DNA of 64,000 nucleotides from Candidatus Brocadiia bacterium (GCA_046538485.1 JBKHIT010000011.1:32693-96692), one strand, 5' to 3'. Shown: positions 48,748 through 58,120, counted from the stretch's first letter. Program-made: numbers and translations. Notes: generated from the letters alone by a model not told the origin.

Positions 48748-48764
48748 TGTCGCGTTATGATACA
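48748..48764. promoter_or_regulatory. Possible enhancer-binding-protein upstream activating sequence
   Basis: Imperfect palindrome TGTCGCG-TTA-TGATACA about 115-130 bp upstream of the predicted sigma54 start site, with an AT-rich stretch in between. Confidence 0.4.
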
Positions 48765-49319
48765 TGTTTCGGGTTTGTACGCTACCGGTTAAACAAATCT
48801 CGGGTTTTTTGCCAGGATCTTTCAAGCGCTAAGAGTGGCCCCGCCAGGGCGAAATTGGCTCTTTCGTTTTTTAAATCCCTGAGCACACACTATCCCAAAA
48901 ACCATCCTAACTTTGCTACGTAAAGCTTATTTGAACAAGATCTTATAATAATTAGTGTTTTAAATTCATGGCATGTTCGGGTTAGAGGTTTACAAACTGC
49001 ATTTGGAGGCCCGATTGCTTTATGATGCCGACAGTGCCGACAATGTGTTGGTAAGGCACCTCATCGTCACAACTCAGCAGCACCCGCCCTTTTTCGTTGA
49101 TTTCTGCGAGATAATGCAGTTTGGCCAACAGTGCTGAATTTTCTGGGACAGCTTACTCACGAAATAAGGATACCTCAGAATGTGGATTTCCGCCACAATT
49201 TTTTGCCGATATTTAAAGAAACTTCATCGCGATCGCATTTTTGGCTACCGGAATCAGGTACAAAAAAAGCCGACCACCTCGTGGTGGTCGGCGGAAAACA
49301 CATTAACAAGCCGATTTTA

Positions 49320-49766
49320 TTATAGTCCTGCAAAACCCATCGGCATTTCAGCTTCTTGGACGAGACTTATGGTTTGAACAAGAGATGCATAGGGGACTTC
49401 ATCCTGGCATTGCACGACCACTCGTCCTTTTGCGTAGACTTCTTTCAAGTTTTTCAAGCTTCCCAGCAGCATTTCATCGCTGAGCATTGGTTGGCGATTG
49501 ACAAACCGTTTAACTTCTTCAGTTGTTGGGTTCCATGCCAGCCGAAGGGTAATATCTTCGAATTCTTCCCGTTCTTTTTCTTTCTCTTCGGTAGCGATTT
49601 TCCCGGTGCCAACTGCTTTTGGCAGGTTTGTCTCAATAATGCCTTCTTCCTCCGGTATTTCCAGGTTTATGAGGAAGAAAATCAGGAGCAGGAAAACCAC
49701 GTCGATCATCGGCGTCATTTCCAGCTCGAGTCCTTCATTTTGACTGCTGCTGGCCGTGACGGGCAT
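49320..49766 (-). CDS. exbD: ExbD/TolR family biopolymer transport protein
   Basis: MTPMIDVVFLLLIFF with the conserved Asp; C-terminal V......VPY..LV. Confidence 0.88.
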   Translation of the reverse strand: MPVTASSSQNEGLELEMTPMIDVVFLLLIFFLINLEIPEEEGIIETNLPKAVGTGKIATEEKEKEREEFEDITLRLAWNPTTEEVKRFVNRQPMLSDEMLLGSLKNLKEVYAKGRVVVQCQDEVPYASLVQTISLVQEAEMPMGFAGL

Positions 49767-49778
49767 TGCGAGATCTCC

Positions 49779-50228
49779 TTACCTAGTACTTTCTGGGCTA
49801 TATTTATAAGCGGCGAACATAATCTTCGTGAATTGATGCTTATAGATGGCTTTCAAAATTCCCTTTACGTGTTTGTAGGGGACTTTTTTATCGCCTCGGA
49901 TTATGATAGGTGCTTGCCCGGTTTGTTTTTGCCGTGCTTTTAAAGCGGACGCTTTACGTGAGAGAACATTTTTGAACCCGGCGAGTGATGTCCTCTGATT
50001 ATAGATTACTATTGTTCCATCCGTTTCGATATTAACCACTAAGCGGTCTTTAGCAACACCTTCCCTGAAGATGACACTACGCGCCTGAGGGAGTTTTAGT
50101 TTCGCCATTTTCTCCATTTTGTTAAAGACGGATACGATAATGAAGAAAATCAGCAGGAGAAACACCACGTCAATGAGCGGTGTCATATCGACTTCGAGTG
50201 GTTTTTCTTGTTCGATAGCATGAGCCAT
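49779..50228 (-). CDS. exbD: ExbD/TolR family biopolymer transport protein
   Basis: MTPLIDVVFLLLIFF, LKLPQA, IIIRGDKKVPYKHV. Confidence 0.9.
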   Translation of the reverse strand: MAHAIEQEKPLEVDMTPLIDVVFLLLIFFIIVSVFNKMEKMAKLKLPQARSVIFREGVAKDRLVVNIETDGTIVIYNQRTSLAGFKNVLSRKASALKARQKQTGQAPIIIRGDKKVPYKHVKGILKAIYKHQFTKIMFAAYKYSPESTR

Positions 50229-50290
50229 TATGCGTACTCCATTATACCGCTTGAAGCGTCAGTTAGCCAAGATTTCCCGAAGAGCTTTTT

Positions 50291-51268
50291 TTACTCCGGT
50301 GGGGGCGGCGGAGGAGCTTCATCGCCTTCTTCCATCGAGGGCGGTTCTTCTTCGGGGCCTGCTGGAGCTTCCTGGGCACCACCTGGCATACCTGCTTCGG
50401 CGGCATCTCTCACGCCTGCAACCATTGAAGGGGTAACCTCAATACCCTTGAATGTTCCAAGGAGATCTTCGCCCACGAGTCCGACGTCCAGCATCAGAGA
50501 TGTTACTCTGTTTCGGAAAAAAGCGTATGCAAGCAAAACCGGGACGGCGACGATAAGGCCTTCACATGTAGTAGTCAGAGCGAGCTGAATATCGCTGGCC
50601 AGCAACTGAGGTGATGGTTGTTCACTCATCTGGCTGATGGTTCCGAAAGCACCCATCATCCCGAGGACCGTTCCCGTAAGTCCTAACATGGGGGCGATAG
50701 CGCCGATAATGGAGAGCCAGCTGACCTGTTGTTGAAGTCTGATGCTTTCATTTTCTATCGCCTCTTCGAGACTTTCGAGCATACCATCGTGACCCGCACG
50801 TATGTCGAGCAATGCTGAGCGCATAACCCGTGACAGGACAGTATCGGTCACACTGCATGTTTCGACAGCTTCGGCCACCCGCTTTTCTTCGAGCTGATCC
50901 TCCAGTTGCGCGATGAGCATATCAGGCATAACTTCTGGTTGGCGAAGGTAATAGAAGAACCGAGCGATAAGATAGAGGGCCACCACGGACATGATTATGA
51001 CGATCCAGCCGGGCACCCCCGAATGTTTTAAGACGACGCTGAGGATGCTAACGCCTTTTGCTTCAGGTTCTTCGCTGGTTTCTTCTTCACCACCATCTTC
51101 TTCACCACCATCTTCTTCAGCGGGTTCGCTGCCGCCTCCACCGCCTTCATCGGCGACGGTAGATGGTCCACCGGCGCCGGGATCTTCTTGTGCATAAACT
51201 ACCGCGCGGTTCGCAACCAGCACACCGCAAATCGCCACCACCAATAGGGCCAGCCAGCTTCGTCGCAT
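50291..51268 (-). CDS. exbB: MotA/TolQ/ExbB proton channel protein with signal peptide, acidic linker and Pro/Glu-rich tail
   Basis: LSIIGAIAPMLGLTGTVLGM..AF, ALTTT..GLIVAVP. Confidence 0.88.
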   Translation of the reverse strand: MRRSWLALLVVAICGVLVANRAVVYAQEDPGAGGPSTVADEGGGGGSEPAEEDGGEEDGGEEETSEEPEAKGVSILSVVLKHSGVPGWIVIIMSVVALYLIARFFYYLRQPEVMPDMLIAQLEDQLEEKRVAEAVETCSVTDTVLSRVMRSALLDIRAGHDGMLESLEEAIENESIRLQQQVSWLSIIGAIAPMLGLTGTVLGMMGAFGTISQMSEQPSPQLLASDIQLALTTTCEGLIVAVPVLLAYAFFRNRVTSLMLDVGLVGEDLLGTFKGIEVTPSMVAGVRDAAEAGMPGGAQEAPAGPEEEPPSMEEGDEAPPPPPPE

Positions 51269-51392
51269 TGGGACACTCCTTTAGGATTTTGCCGAGCTCA
51301 CATACCGTGGTGCGGCATCGTTGTCCGAAGCTCGGCGATTCAACGGACAACGTGAAGGACGGGCCCGCACGCATTCTAAATCCAGTTTTTGC

Positions 51393-52592
51393 TCAGGGGA
51401 ATTCTTTTCTTGCTCTTTGTTCCCAGTAACTCCCCGGATATCTCATTTTCAGTTGCTGTAAAAGTTCTCTCCAACGGGTTTGAGTTTCGCCTTCGTAATA
51501 ATCCTTTGCCATTTTAGTGGCATAGAATAACGCACGCTGATGCTCGTTGGCAATGTTATTATGCAGGACGTGCACACGCAGGAAGGAAAACAGCGCTTCA
51601 CGCGTATCGCCGCGGTTCATTAGACTCTGCCCCCGGCTATTGATCGCTTCGGCTCTCATCTCTTCGTTTGGGCTCCGGATGCCAACTTCCAGGAATAGTT
51701 CTTCAGCTTTGCGGAAATTTTCCAGGCCCTGCTCCGCGTAACCTTTCGATATAAGCGCCAGATAAGCCAGTTCCATTTTTTCTTGTTCCCGTTCTATAGA
51801 GTCCTCTTTTTTTGCCGCGTTCTTGTATGTGTCATAGAGACGTGTCAGTTCATCGATCACTGACCCAAACGTTCTTTCTGCGCGGGATTCTTTACCGGCG
51901 GCTTTCATTGCTGCTGCTTCTTCTACTTTAAGCCGTGCTGCCCAGACCTCCGCAGCGTTTTTGATATCCCGGGGATATTTCTTCTTTTTGTCCTTTATCT
52001 CGTCCAGAATAATCTTTGCTTCCGTGAAATTGTCAAGTCTCATCAAGGCTTGAGCTCTTCCAAGCTGAGCTTTCGCTGCAAAACGATGTTTAGGGTTTTC
52101 GTCAATGAGTTTTTCATATTGCTGCTCGGCCTTTTTATACCAGGCAGATTTCCCTTTGCTCGTCGCCTGGGAATATTTGGCTTCTTTAAATGCGGCCTCT
52201 CCCGCATAATAGAGACTGTAGGGGCCAACCCACTCTGTCTCTTCCCCCTTTTCGGTTTTGTATGCTTCCAGTAACGTATCGTATGCTTCGCGGAAATTGC
52301 GATTTTGGAGTTTTGAACTGCCCACACTGTACTGCTGGGGTTTAGGACGATGATCGACCTGTAGCACGCGCGCGATTGGAACAATACGTTCTTTATCCTG
52401 GGATTTGAAATAAAATTTAAGGCCTTCGTACGTCTCTTCTCTGATCTCACCAAAAAATTGGCGGGGCCCCTTATCAGGGACATCGACCATAATCATGTCG
52501 GAACGTTCTGCCTGTGCCGGCAAACCCCACAGAATGGACGACACCACGAAAAATCCTAAGAAGACAAAAATCTTTTTTTTCATCTTTGGCAT
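51393..52592 (-). CDS. Secreted TPR-repeat protein
   Basis: Signal peptide (MKKKIFVF...AQA); helical repeats with TPR patterns; ends with ALF.FLRVH.L and L..RYPGSYW; start 52583, 52592 or 52616. Confidence 0.78.
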   Translation of the reverse strand: MPKMKKKIFVFLGFFVVSSILWGLPAQAERSDMIMVDVPDKGPRQFFGEIREETYEGLKFYFKSQDKERIVPIARVLQVDHRPKPQQYSVGSSKLQNRNFREAYDTLLEAYKTEKGEETEWVGPYSLYYAGEAAFKEAKYSQATSKGKSAWYKKAEQQYEKLIDENPKHRFAAKAQLGRAQALMRLDNFTEAKIILDEIKDKKKKYPRDIKNAAEVWAARLKVEEAAAMKAAGKESRAERTFGSVIDELTRLYDTYKNAAKKEDSIEREQEKMELAYLALISKGYAEQGLENFRKAEELFLEVGIRSPNEEMRAEAINSRGQSLMNRGDTREALFSFLRVHVLHNNIANEHQRALFYATKMAKDYYEGETQTRWRELLQQLKMRYPGSYWEQRARKEFP

Positions 52593-52708
52593 ACCCAACA
52601 ATCTGGTTGTTGTCATTTCTCAAACGCAACAATGTTGTTCCGGGGCCACCTTCGCAGCAGAAACTACAGGCGACCCAACCCACACCCAGGCTAAACCGCC
52701 TCAATGTA

Positions 52709-52736
52709 AGCATAACGCTAAAGAAAACTTTGTCAA
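52709..52736 (-). promoter_or_regulatory. sigma70 promoter for the TPR-exbB-exbD-exbD operon
   Basis: Minus strand TTGACA-16 nt-TATGCT. Confidence 0.55.
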
Positions 52737-52741
52737 GTGTC

Positions 52742-52790
52742 AGAAAGGAAAACCGCAATCTCAACCTCTCGGCCGATATTGCGGTTCCCC
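52742..52790 (-). terminator. Long hairpin, probable terminator of the small acidic membrane protein gene
   Basis: GGGGAACCGCAAT-A-TCGGCC-GAGA-GGTTGA-G-ATTGCGGTTTTCC followed by TTTCT. Confidence 0.6.
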
Positions 52791-52822
52791 AACTTGAGAA
52801 TCAACAGGTGCAAAAGCACCGA

Positions 52823-53068
52823 TTACAGTTGCTCTTGTTCTCCTTCTTCGGCCGCTTCACCTGTTTCTTCAGCCTCCTCTTCCGTCGAAATCTCTTCTGC
52901 TTCCACGGGTTCAGGCTCGGTGTCTTCAAGAGGGGCTGCTTCGGCGGGCGGCTCTTCAATCTCCGGCTTCCTGCTGGCCATCATAATCACCAGCACAATA
53001 ACGATGATCACGGCAATCACGATGAGGACCCATGTTGTGGTCCCCAAAGCAGCGAGGAGAGGATACAT
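52823..53068 (-). CDS. Small single-pass membrane protein with a Glu-rich tail (81 aa)
   Basis: GGAGG RBS; ~20-aa Ile/Val helix, then RK, then an acidic low-complexity tail; flanked by promoter and terminator. Confidence 0.75.
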   Translation of the reverse strand: MYPLLAALGTTTWVLIVIAVIIVIVLVIMMASRKPEIEEPPAEAAPLEDTEPEPVEAEEISTEEEAEETGEAAEEGEQEQL

Positions 53069-53220
53069 GGCGGACCTCCAGATGTTCCCTGGCGACTCTT
53101 TTTTAATTTCCCGCCGACCGGGTCGCCCTTCATCTCGGCGAGAGTCATTAACTAATTGCGGATGTTACCTCCGCATCTTTGCACTTCGAACACAAAAATA
53201 CAAATCAACCATACGTTATG

Positions 53221-53258
53221 GTCACCAATATTATGGTGACAGGAGACGCCGAGGTCAA
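53221..53258 (-). promoter_or_regulatory. sigma70 promoter with a palindromic operator over the -10 box
   Basis: TTGACC-17 nt-CATAAT; palindrome GTCACCA-ATATTA-TGGTGAC (perfect 7-bp arms) at 53221-53240. Confidence 0.6.
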
Positions 53259-53461
53259 GGAAAATATTCCATTTCTCCTTGCTCAGCGCAATCTTGTGGA
53301 ATAAATTTCGCTCCGATATCAAATTTTGTCCCTTTTTAACACTGCCTTAAACTGGTTAAATCACGTCACGAAAAGCGGCTACGGGAGCAAAAAGCAGCTC
53401 AGACATGCAAACTTTGCGTGAATAGGATACACTCGAAGGGATAACACCGAATGGAGTGGTC

Positions 53462-54619
53462 ATGAAAATTATTGTTTCGCCCGATTCATTTAAACAGTGT
53501 ATAACCGCGACGCAGGCGGCTCGTGCTATTGGGGCGGGAATCCAGAAAGCATGGCCGGACGCTCAAATAACGGAAGTCCCCATGGCAGACGGCGGAGAGG
53601 GAACCCTCAAGGCCCTCGTCGATGCCACCCGAGGCGAAACAGTAGAGATAGAAACGTTCGATCCTTTGCGACGCCCTGTTCAGGCTGAATTCGGAGTTTG
53701 CGGCGGCGAAACCGGAGTTGTCGAGATGGCCGCGGCGAGCGGTCTCCAGCACCTGAACCCCTCCGAGCAAAACCCACTTGTTACTTCGACCCATGGTACA
53801 GGGAAATTAATTCGTTCTGCGCTTGAGGCGGGTGTAAAAGAAATTATCGTGGCCATCGGGGGCAGTGCTACTGTTGATGGAGGGACTGGACTCGCCGAAC
53901 AGCTCGGTATACGTTTTTTTGATGCAAAGGGGAAACTCCTGCGAGACCTCTGTGGGGGGAAACTAACTGAAATCACGCGATTCGATGCTGAAAATCTGGA
54001 TCCGCGGATAAAGGAATGTCGCATCAGCGTGGCTTGCGACGTTCAAAACCCTCTCACTGGCCCTGCAGGAGCTGCGGCCGTTTACGGCCCGCAGAAAGGT
54101 GCAACCCCAGAACAAGTATCGGTCCTCCAAAAAGGCCTGGAAAATCTCGCAACTGCTATCGAGCAAGAAACAGGACGCGACGTAAGGAACCTGCCAGGTG
54201 CCGGTGCGGCCGGTGGGCTCGGCGCCGGCTTGGTTGCGTTTCTCGGCGCGGAACTGCGCAGCGGCGTCGATACCGTCATTAAAGCCGCCAATCTGGACGC
54301 GAAAATGCATGGCTGCGACCTGGCCGTCACCGCCGAAGGCCAGGTGGATCACCAGAGCGCTTTTGGTAAGGTACCCTCCGGGATCGTCCAGCTCGGAAAG
54401 AAATTGTCCGTGCCGGTTGTTGTGCTGGCCGGGAGGCTTGGTTCCGGATGGGAGAAAATGCTGGAAAACGGTGCCTGCGCTGTAATGCCCATTCCGACCG
54501 GTCCCATGACAAATAAAACCGCAATGCAAGAGGCCGAAAAAATGCTCGAATATGCCGCCAGGACCATGGCTCAAATCTGGGAAGCAGGTGCCCAATATGC
54601 CAGAGGAGATAAATTATGA
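53462..54619 (+). CDS. glxK: Glycerate kinase (GlxK/GarK family)
   Basis: MKIIVSPDSFK, PMADGGEGT, EMAAASGL, GGSATVDGG, DVQNPLTG..GAA.VYGPQKGA, GAGAAGGLG, EGQVD.QS..GK. Confidence 0.93.
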   Translation: MKIIVSPDSFKQCITATQAARAIGAGIQKAWPDAQITEVPMADGGEGTLKALVDATRGETVEIETFDPLRRPVQAEFGVCGGETGVVEMAAASGLQHLNPSEQNPLVTSTHGTGKLIRSALEAGVKEIIVAIGGSATVDGGTGLAEQLGIRFFDAKGKLLRDLCGGKLTEITRFDAENLDPRIKECRISVACDVQNPLTGPAGAAAVYGPQKGATPEQVSVLQKGLENLATAIEQETGRDVRNLPGAGAAGGLGAGLVAFLGAELRSGVDTVIKAANLDAKMHGCDLAVTAEGQVDHQSAFGKVPSGIVQLGKKLSVPVVVLAGRLGSGWEKMLENGACAVMPIPTGPMTNKTAMQEAEKMLEYAARTMAQIWEAGAQYARGDKL

Positions 54620-55545
54620 GGGAACGAGAGCTCATCGAGTTTCTCCATACACTGTCAGCTGAAGCGCCTCGCGAGTGGCTCAAACTGGGTATGGGCGATG
54701 ATGCGGCGGTGGCACGTATGCATGGCCAATCCGCAGTAATAACGACAGATATGTTGATTGAAAAAACTCATTATCTTGCGAAAACATCACCCGCTAAGAT
54801 CGGATGGAAAGCGATCGCTCGTTGTCTCAGTGATCTCGCGGCGATGGCTGCCGAACCGCTCTGCACTGTCGCGGCTGTCAGTTTTCCCCCCGATGCAAAA
54901 ACATCGTTTTGCCGGAAAATGTTACGTTCGCTGGCGGAAGCCGCCGAAAAACTCTCCGCTCCCCTGATTGGCGGAGATATCAGCAGCGGCACCGATGTGA
55001 CTGTCCTGGCCGTGACCGCGATCGGAACCCCTCCGCCTGAAGGCTGTGTGCGTCGAGATACGGCCCAACCCGGCGATTCCATATGCGTCACCGGTAAACT
55101 CGGCGAAAGCGTGAAGAGTGGGAGACACTTGGTCTTTACCCCCCGGATCAATGAGGGCCGGGAGGCCCGCACGAACTACAACCTTCACGCCATGATCGAT
55201 ATCAGCGACGGAGTCAGCACGGATCTGAACCATATCTGCGAGGCGAGCGGCCTGGGAGCAACGATTCATGCGGGAAAAATGCCGATAAGCGCGGAAGCAA
55301 TTTCGGGAGAAGAGCGTCAAAAATCCGCCCTTAATAGCGCTCTCAACGAAGGCGAAGATTACGAATTGTTGTTCTGTCTGCCTTCAGATGAGGCCAGAGT
55401 GGTTGAAGAAAAAGGCCTTGCCGGAACACCGGTCTCCGTTATTGGTTCGATGACCGCGGAGACAGATTGCGTAATTGTTTTGAAAGATGGAACCCAAAGG
55501 AGTCTCAGGCCCGGGGGGTGGGAACACAAAACCAATGAAACATGA
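54616..55545 (+). CDS. thiL: Thiamine-monophosphate kinase
   Basis: GMGDDAAV, TTDMLIE..H, LSDLAAM.AEP, LIGGD, R..AQPGD.I.VTG.LG, AMIDISDG, GEDYELLF, GGWEH. Confidence 0.95.
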   Translation: MRERELIEFLHTLSAEAPREWLKLGMGDDAAVARMHGQSAVITTDMLIEKTHYLAKTSPAKIGWKAIARCLSDLAAMAAEPLCTVAAVSFPPDAKTSFCRKMLRSLAEAAEKLSAPLIGGDISSGTDVTVLAVTAIGTPPPEGCVRRDTAQPGDSICVTGKLGESVKSGRHLVFTPRINEGREARTNYNLHAMIDISDGVSTDLNHICEASGLGATIHAGKMPISAEAISGEERQKSALNSALNEGEDYELLFCLPSDEARVVEEKGLAGTPVSVIGSMTAETDCVIVLKDGTQRSLRPGGWEHKTNET

Positions 55546-56050
55546 ACTACCGGTTTTGGAGACAAGTTTACCCGAAGAAACCAAACGCCTTGCTGCCATT
55601 TTCGCAACGCTCTGCCAGCCAGGAGATGTCGTCGGGCTTCAGGGCAGTCTCGGGGCCGGGAAAACCTGTTTTGTGAAAGGCATGGCCCGGGGACTCGCCG
55701 TCCCGGACGAACGGATCGTAACGAGCCCCACTTTTGTTTTGCTCAAACGGTACAAAGGTAGCACGACACTTCATCACTTCGATGCCTATCGACTCTCCGG
55801 TGCTTCGGAAATGGAAAGTATCGGGTGTTACGAAATCTTCGAAGGCGATGGGGTCAGTGTTATCGAGTGGGCCGACCATGTTGCGGAATGTTTGCCGGTG
55901 GAACATTTTCTCTGGGATATTCGGGTAAAAGGAAAGCAGAAACGCCGTTTCCAGCTGGAAGCCGCTGGCGAAGGCCCCGTGAGCCGACTCCCAAAAATTT
56001 CAGAATCTTTGACGGAATGGCGGAACGGATCTTCTGAGATTGACTCTTGA
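55535..56050 (+). CDS. tsaE: tRNA threonylcarbamoyladenosine biosynthesis ATPase
   Basis: GSLGAGKT.FVKG, VTSPTFVL, HFDAYRL, IEWAD; start trimmed to 55535, overlapping the end of thiL. Confidence 0.95.
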   Translation: MKHELPVLETSLPEETKRLAAIFATLCQPGDVVGLQGSLGAGKTCFVKGMARGLAVPDERIVTSPTFVLLKRYKGSTTLHHFDAYRLSGASEMESIGCYEIFEGDGVSVIEWADHVAECLPVEHFLWDIRVKGKQKRRFQLEAAGEGPVSRLPKISESLTEWRNGSSEIDS

Positions 56051-56212
56051 AAATCAGACCTTATCCTCCGCCTTTGCGCTTCGGATCTTTTCGGATAGCG
56101 CGCATTTTGTTTCCGGGATCGGGTGCTTGAGCGGACTGGACTTCAGCCGGAGGCTGGAGTTCAGAACGCGGGCCGTTCCTGATGCTTCTCTGTGTTCTGG
56201 CATTTTCGGGCC

Positions 56213-56286
56213 ATTGCCCGCCTCAAGTCCCGCTTCGGCCGCCGGTGTGGACCTCAGCTGAACTCGAGTCTGCATTCCTGCGAGCA
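56213..56286 (-). repeat. Dispersed hairpin repeat family 1, copy C
   Basis: Minus strand GCTCGCAGGAATGCAGACTCGAGTTCAGCTGAGGTC...GGCCGAAGCGGGACTTGAGGCGGGCAA. Confidence 0.82.
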
Positions 56287-56356
56287 GAAAATATACTCCC
56301 TGTCCCACTTCCATCGTTGCGCCCGGGGGCATCCTTTGATACTATCGCAAAGTACG

Positions 56357-58120
56357 ATGAGCATACAGGTCCTCCCAAAAATTTTGGTCGATAAAATTGC
56401 CGCGGGAGAGGTGATTGAACGGCCCGCCTCTGTAGTGAAAGAACTTGTCGAGAATTCTCTGGACGCCGGGGCGAACCGGATTGAGGTGGAACTTGAGGAC
56501 GGCGGGACCAAACTCATCCGGGTCAGCGACGACGGGCATGGAATGTCGGAGAGCGATCTGGCACTTGCCTTTGTGAGTCATTCCACAAGTAAACTCGACA
56601 GGGAGGAGGATCTTTTCGACGTTCGAACGATGGGATTCCGCGGGGAGGCCCTTTCGAGTATTGCGGCCGTTTCCCAGGCCCGGATTACGAGCCGGACTGC
56701 GGAGAGCGACGCGGGATATGAAATCACGGCTGAGGGCGGGGAAATCGGACAGGTCAAACCGACCAGCTCGCCCCCTGGAACGCAGGTGGAAGTGCGAAAT
56801 TTATTCTTCAATGTGCCCGTCCGACGCAAGTTTATGAAAACGCCTGCGACCGAGATGGCCCACGTCAGCGAAGCTGTCACGCGCCTCGCACTCGCCTATC
56901 CGGAAGTGTCTTTTGTGCTTGAACATCAAAGCAGAAAAGTGTTCAACCTGCCGCCGGCCGACCACCGCGAAGGTCGTATCAGCGAATTTTTCGGAAGCGA
57001 AATCGCCGATAATATCATTTCTATGAATGAGCGGCATCCGGAAGTCGAAATCGAGGGCTATCTGCTGCCGCCATCGGTCGATCGTTCGAACACAACGATG
57101 CAGTATACATACGTCAACCGTCGCTATGTGCGCGAAAAAACTCTCATGCACGCGGTGGGTCAAGGATACCGGGGTTTGATGCGCAAAGGACGCCGCCCCG
57201 TTTGTTTTATTTTTCTTACCATCGACCCCGGCGATGTCGATGTCAACGTCCACCCGACAAAAGTGGAGGTGAAATTCCGCCGCAGCCGCGATATCCACAA
57301 TCGGGTTGTCTCGAGTATCCGGGAAACACTCCGACAGGCGTATATAACGCCCGAAGTCAGGTTGACAGACGAAGAAGGGAGCGCGGAGCAGCAGGACTCT
57401 GTCAGGACTGCAATCTCGGATTTTTTTGCCAATCGGAATGAAAAAGCTCCGGCCGGAGGTCACGGTTCCTTTTCTCCCCATCCCGGTTCTATGAAGCGGG
57501 GAGGCATCGAATCTGTGCAAAAAATGGCTGGCCCGGGACCCGAAGTCCATTACGGCAACACCGCCCAGATGCTCGATACCTACATCGTCGAAGAAGCCGA
57601 GAACGGAATCCGGATCATCGATCAACACGCGCTCCACGAGCGCATACTTTTCGAGAAAATGCGGACTCAGCTCGAAGAAGGCCCCCTCAACAGCCAGCGC
57701 CTGCTTGTGCCGGAACTCGTCGAGTTGCCGAAAACGGAATTTTATGCCGTTATGGACATGCAGGAAGATCTGAAACGTTTTGGGATGGAAATTGAATCGT
57801 TCGGAGACAATACAGTGGTGGTTCGTTCGTTCCCGCAACTTTTAGGGAAATTCGACGGCCCCGGCTTTTTCCGAGAACTTCTTGAAGAAATGGAGGGGCC
57901 TGAAAAAGCACGACGGGCCTCCGGGAGAATCGAGAAACTGCTGAAAATCATGTCGTGCCGCGGTGCCGTGAAAGCCGGCGACCGCCTCAGCCCTAACCAG
58001 ATAAAAAGTATCCTCAAGCAACGTAAAGACTGCGAAAACCCCGATACCTGCCCCCATGGCCGCCCCACCATGATCGTTATGACCGAACAGGAACTGGAAA
58101 AACACTTCCACAGGGGCTGA
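56357..58120 (+). CDS. mutL: DNA mismatch repair endonuclease MutL
   Basis: IAAGEVIERPASVVKELVENSLDAGA, GFRGEAL, DVNVHPTK.EV, DQHALHER, SCRGAVKAG, CPHGRP. Confidence 0.97.
   Translation: MSIQVLPKILVDKIAAGEVIERPASVVKELVENSLDAGANRIEVELEDGGTKLIRVSDDGHGMSESDLALAFVSHSTSKLDREEDLFDVRTMGFRGEALSSIAAVSQARITSRTAESDAGYEITAEGGEIGQVKPTSSPPGTQVEVRNLFFNVPVRRKFMKTPATEMAHVSEAVTRLALAYPEVSFVLEHQSRKVFNLPPADHREGRISEFFGSEIADNIISMNERHPEVEIEGYLLPPSVDRSNTTMQYTYVNRRYVREKTLMHAVGQGYRGLMRKGRRPVCFIFLTIDPGDVDVNVHPTKVEVKFRRSRDIHNRVVSSIRETLRQAYITPEVRLTDEEGSAEQQDSVRTAISDFFANRNEKAPAGGHGSFSPHPGSMKRGGIESVQKMAGPGPEVHYGNTAQMLDTYIVEEAENGIRIIDQHALHERILFEKMRTQLEEGPLNSQRLLVPELVELPKTEFYAVMDMQEDLKRFGMEIESFGDNTVVVRSFPQLLGKFDGPGFFRELLEEMEGPEKARRASGRIEKLLKIMSCRGAVKAGDRLSPNQIKSILKQRKDCENPDTCPHGRPTMIVMTEQELEKHFHRG

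Noticed and set aside
48395..48760. 121-aa plus-strand ORF and a ~58-codon minus-strand GTG ORF across the sRNA candidate
   Set aside because: No RBS, no recognisable motifs, and both run through GC-rich palindromes
53130..53185. Fluoride (crcB) riboswitch suggested by TAATGACTCT in the leader
   Set aside because: No GGCGATGGAGTTCGCC-type 5' stem or matching pseudoknot, and the downstream gene is unrelated
56192..56356. N-terminal extensions in the ORF track (mutL; likewise rplY, radical SAM, tsaE, DUF2339, 38601)
   Set aside because: The extensions cross repeats or leaders; recognisable homology and, in most cases, RBS position favour the downstream starts
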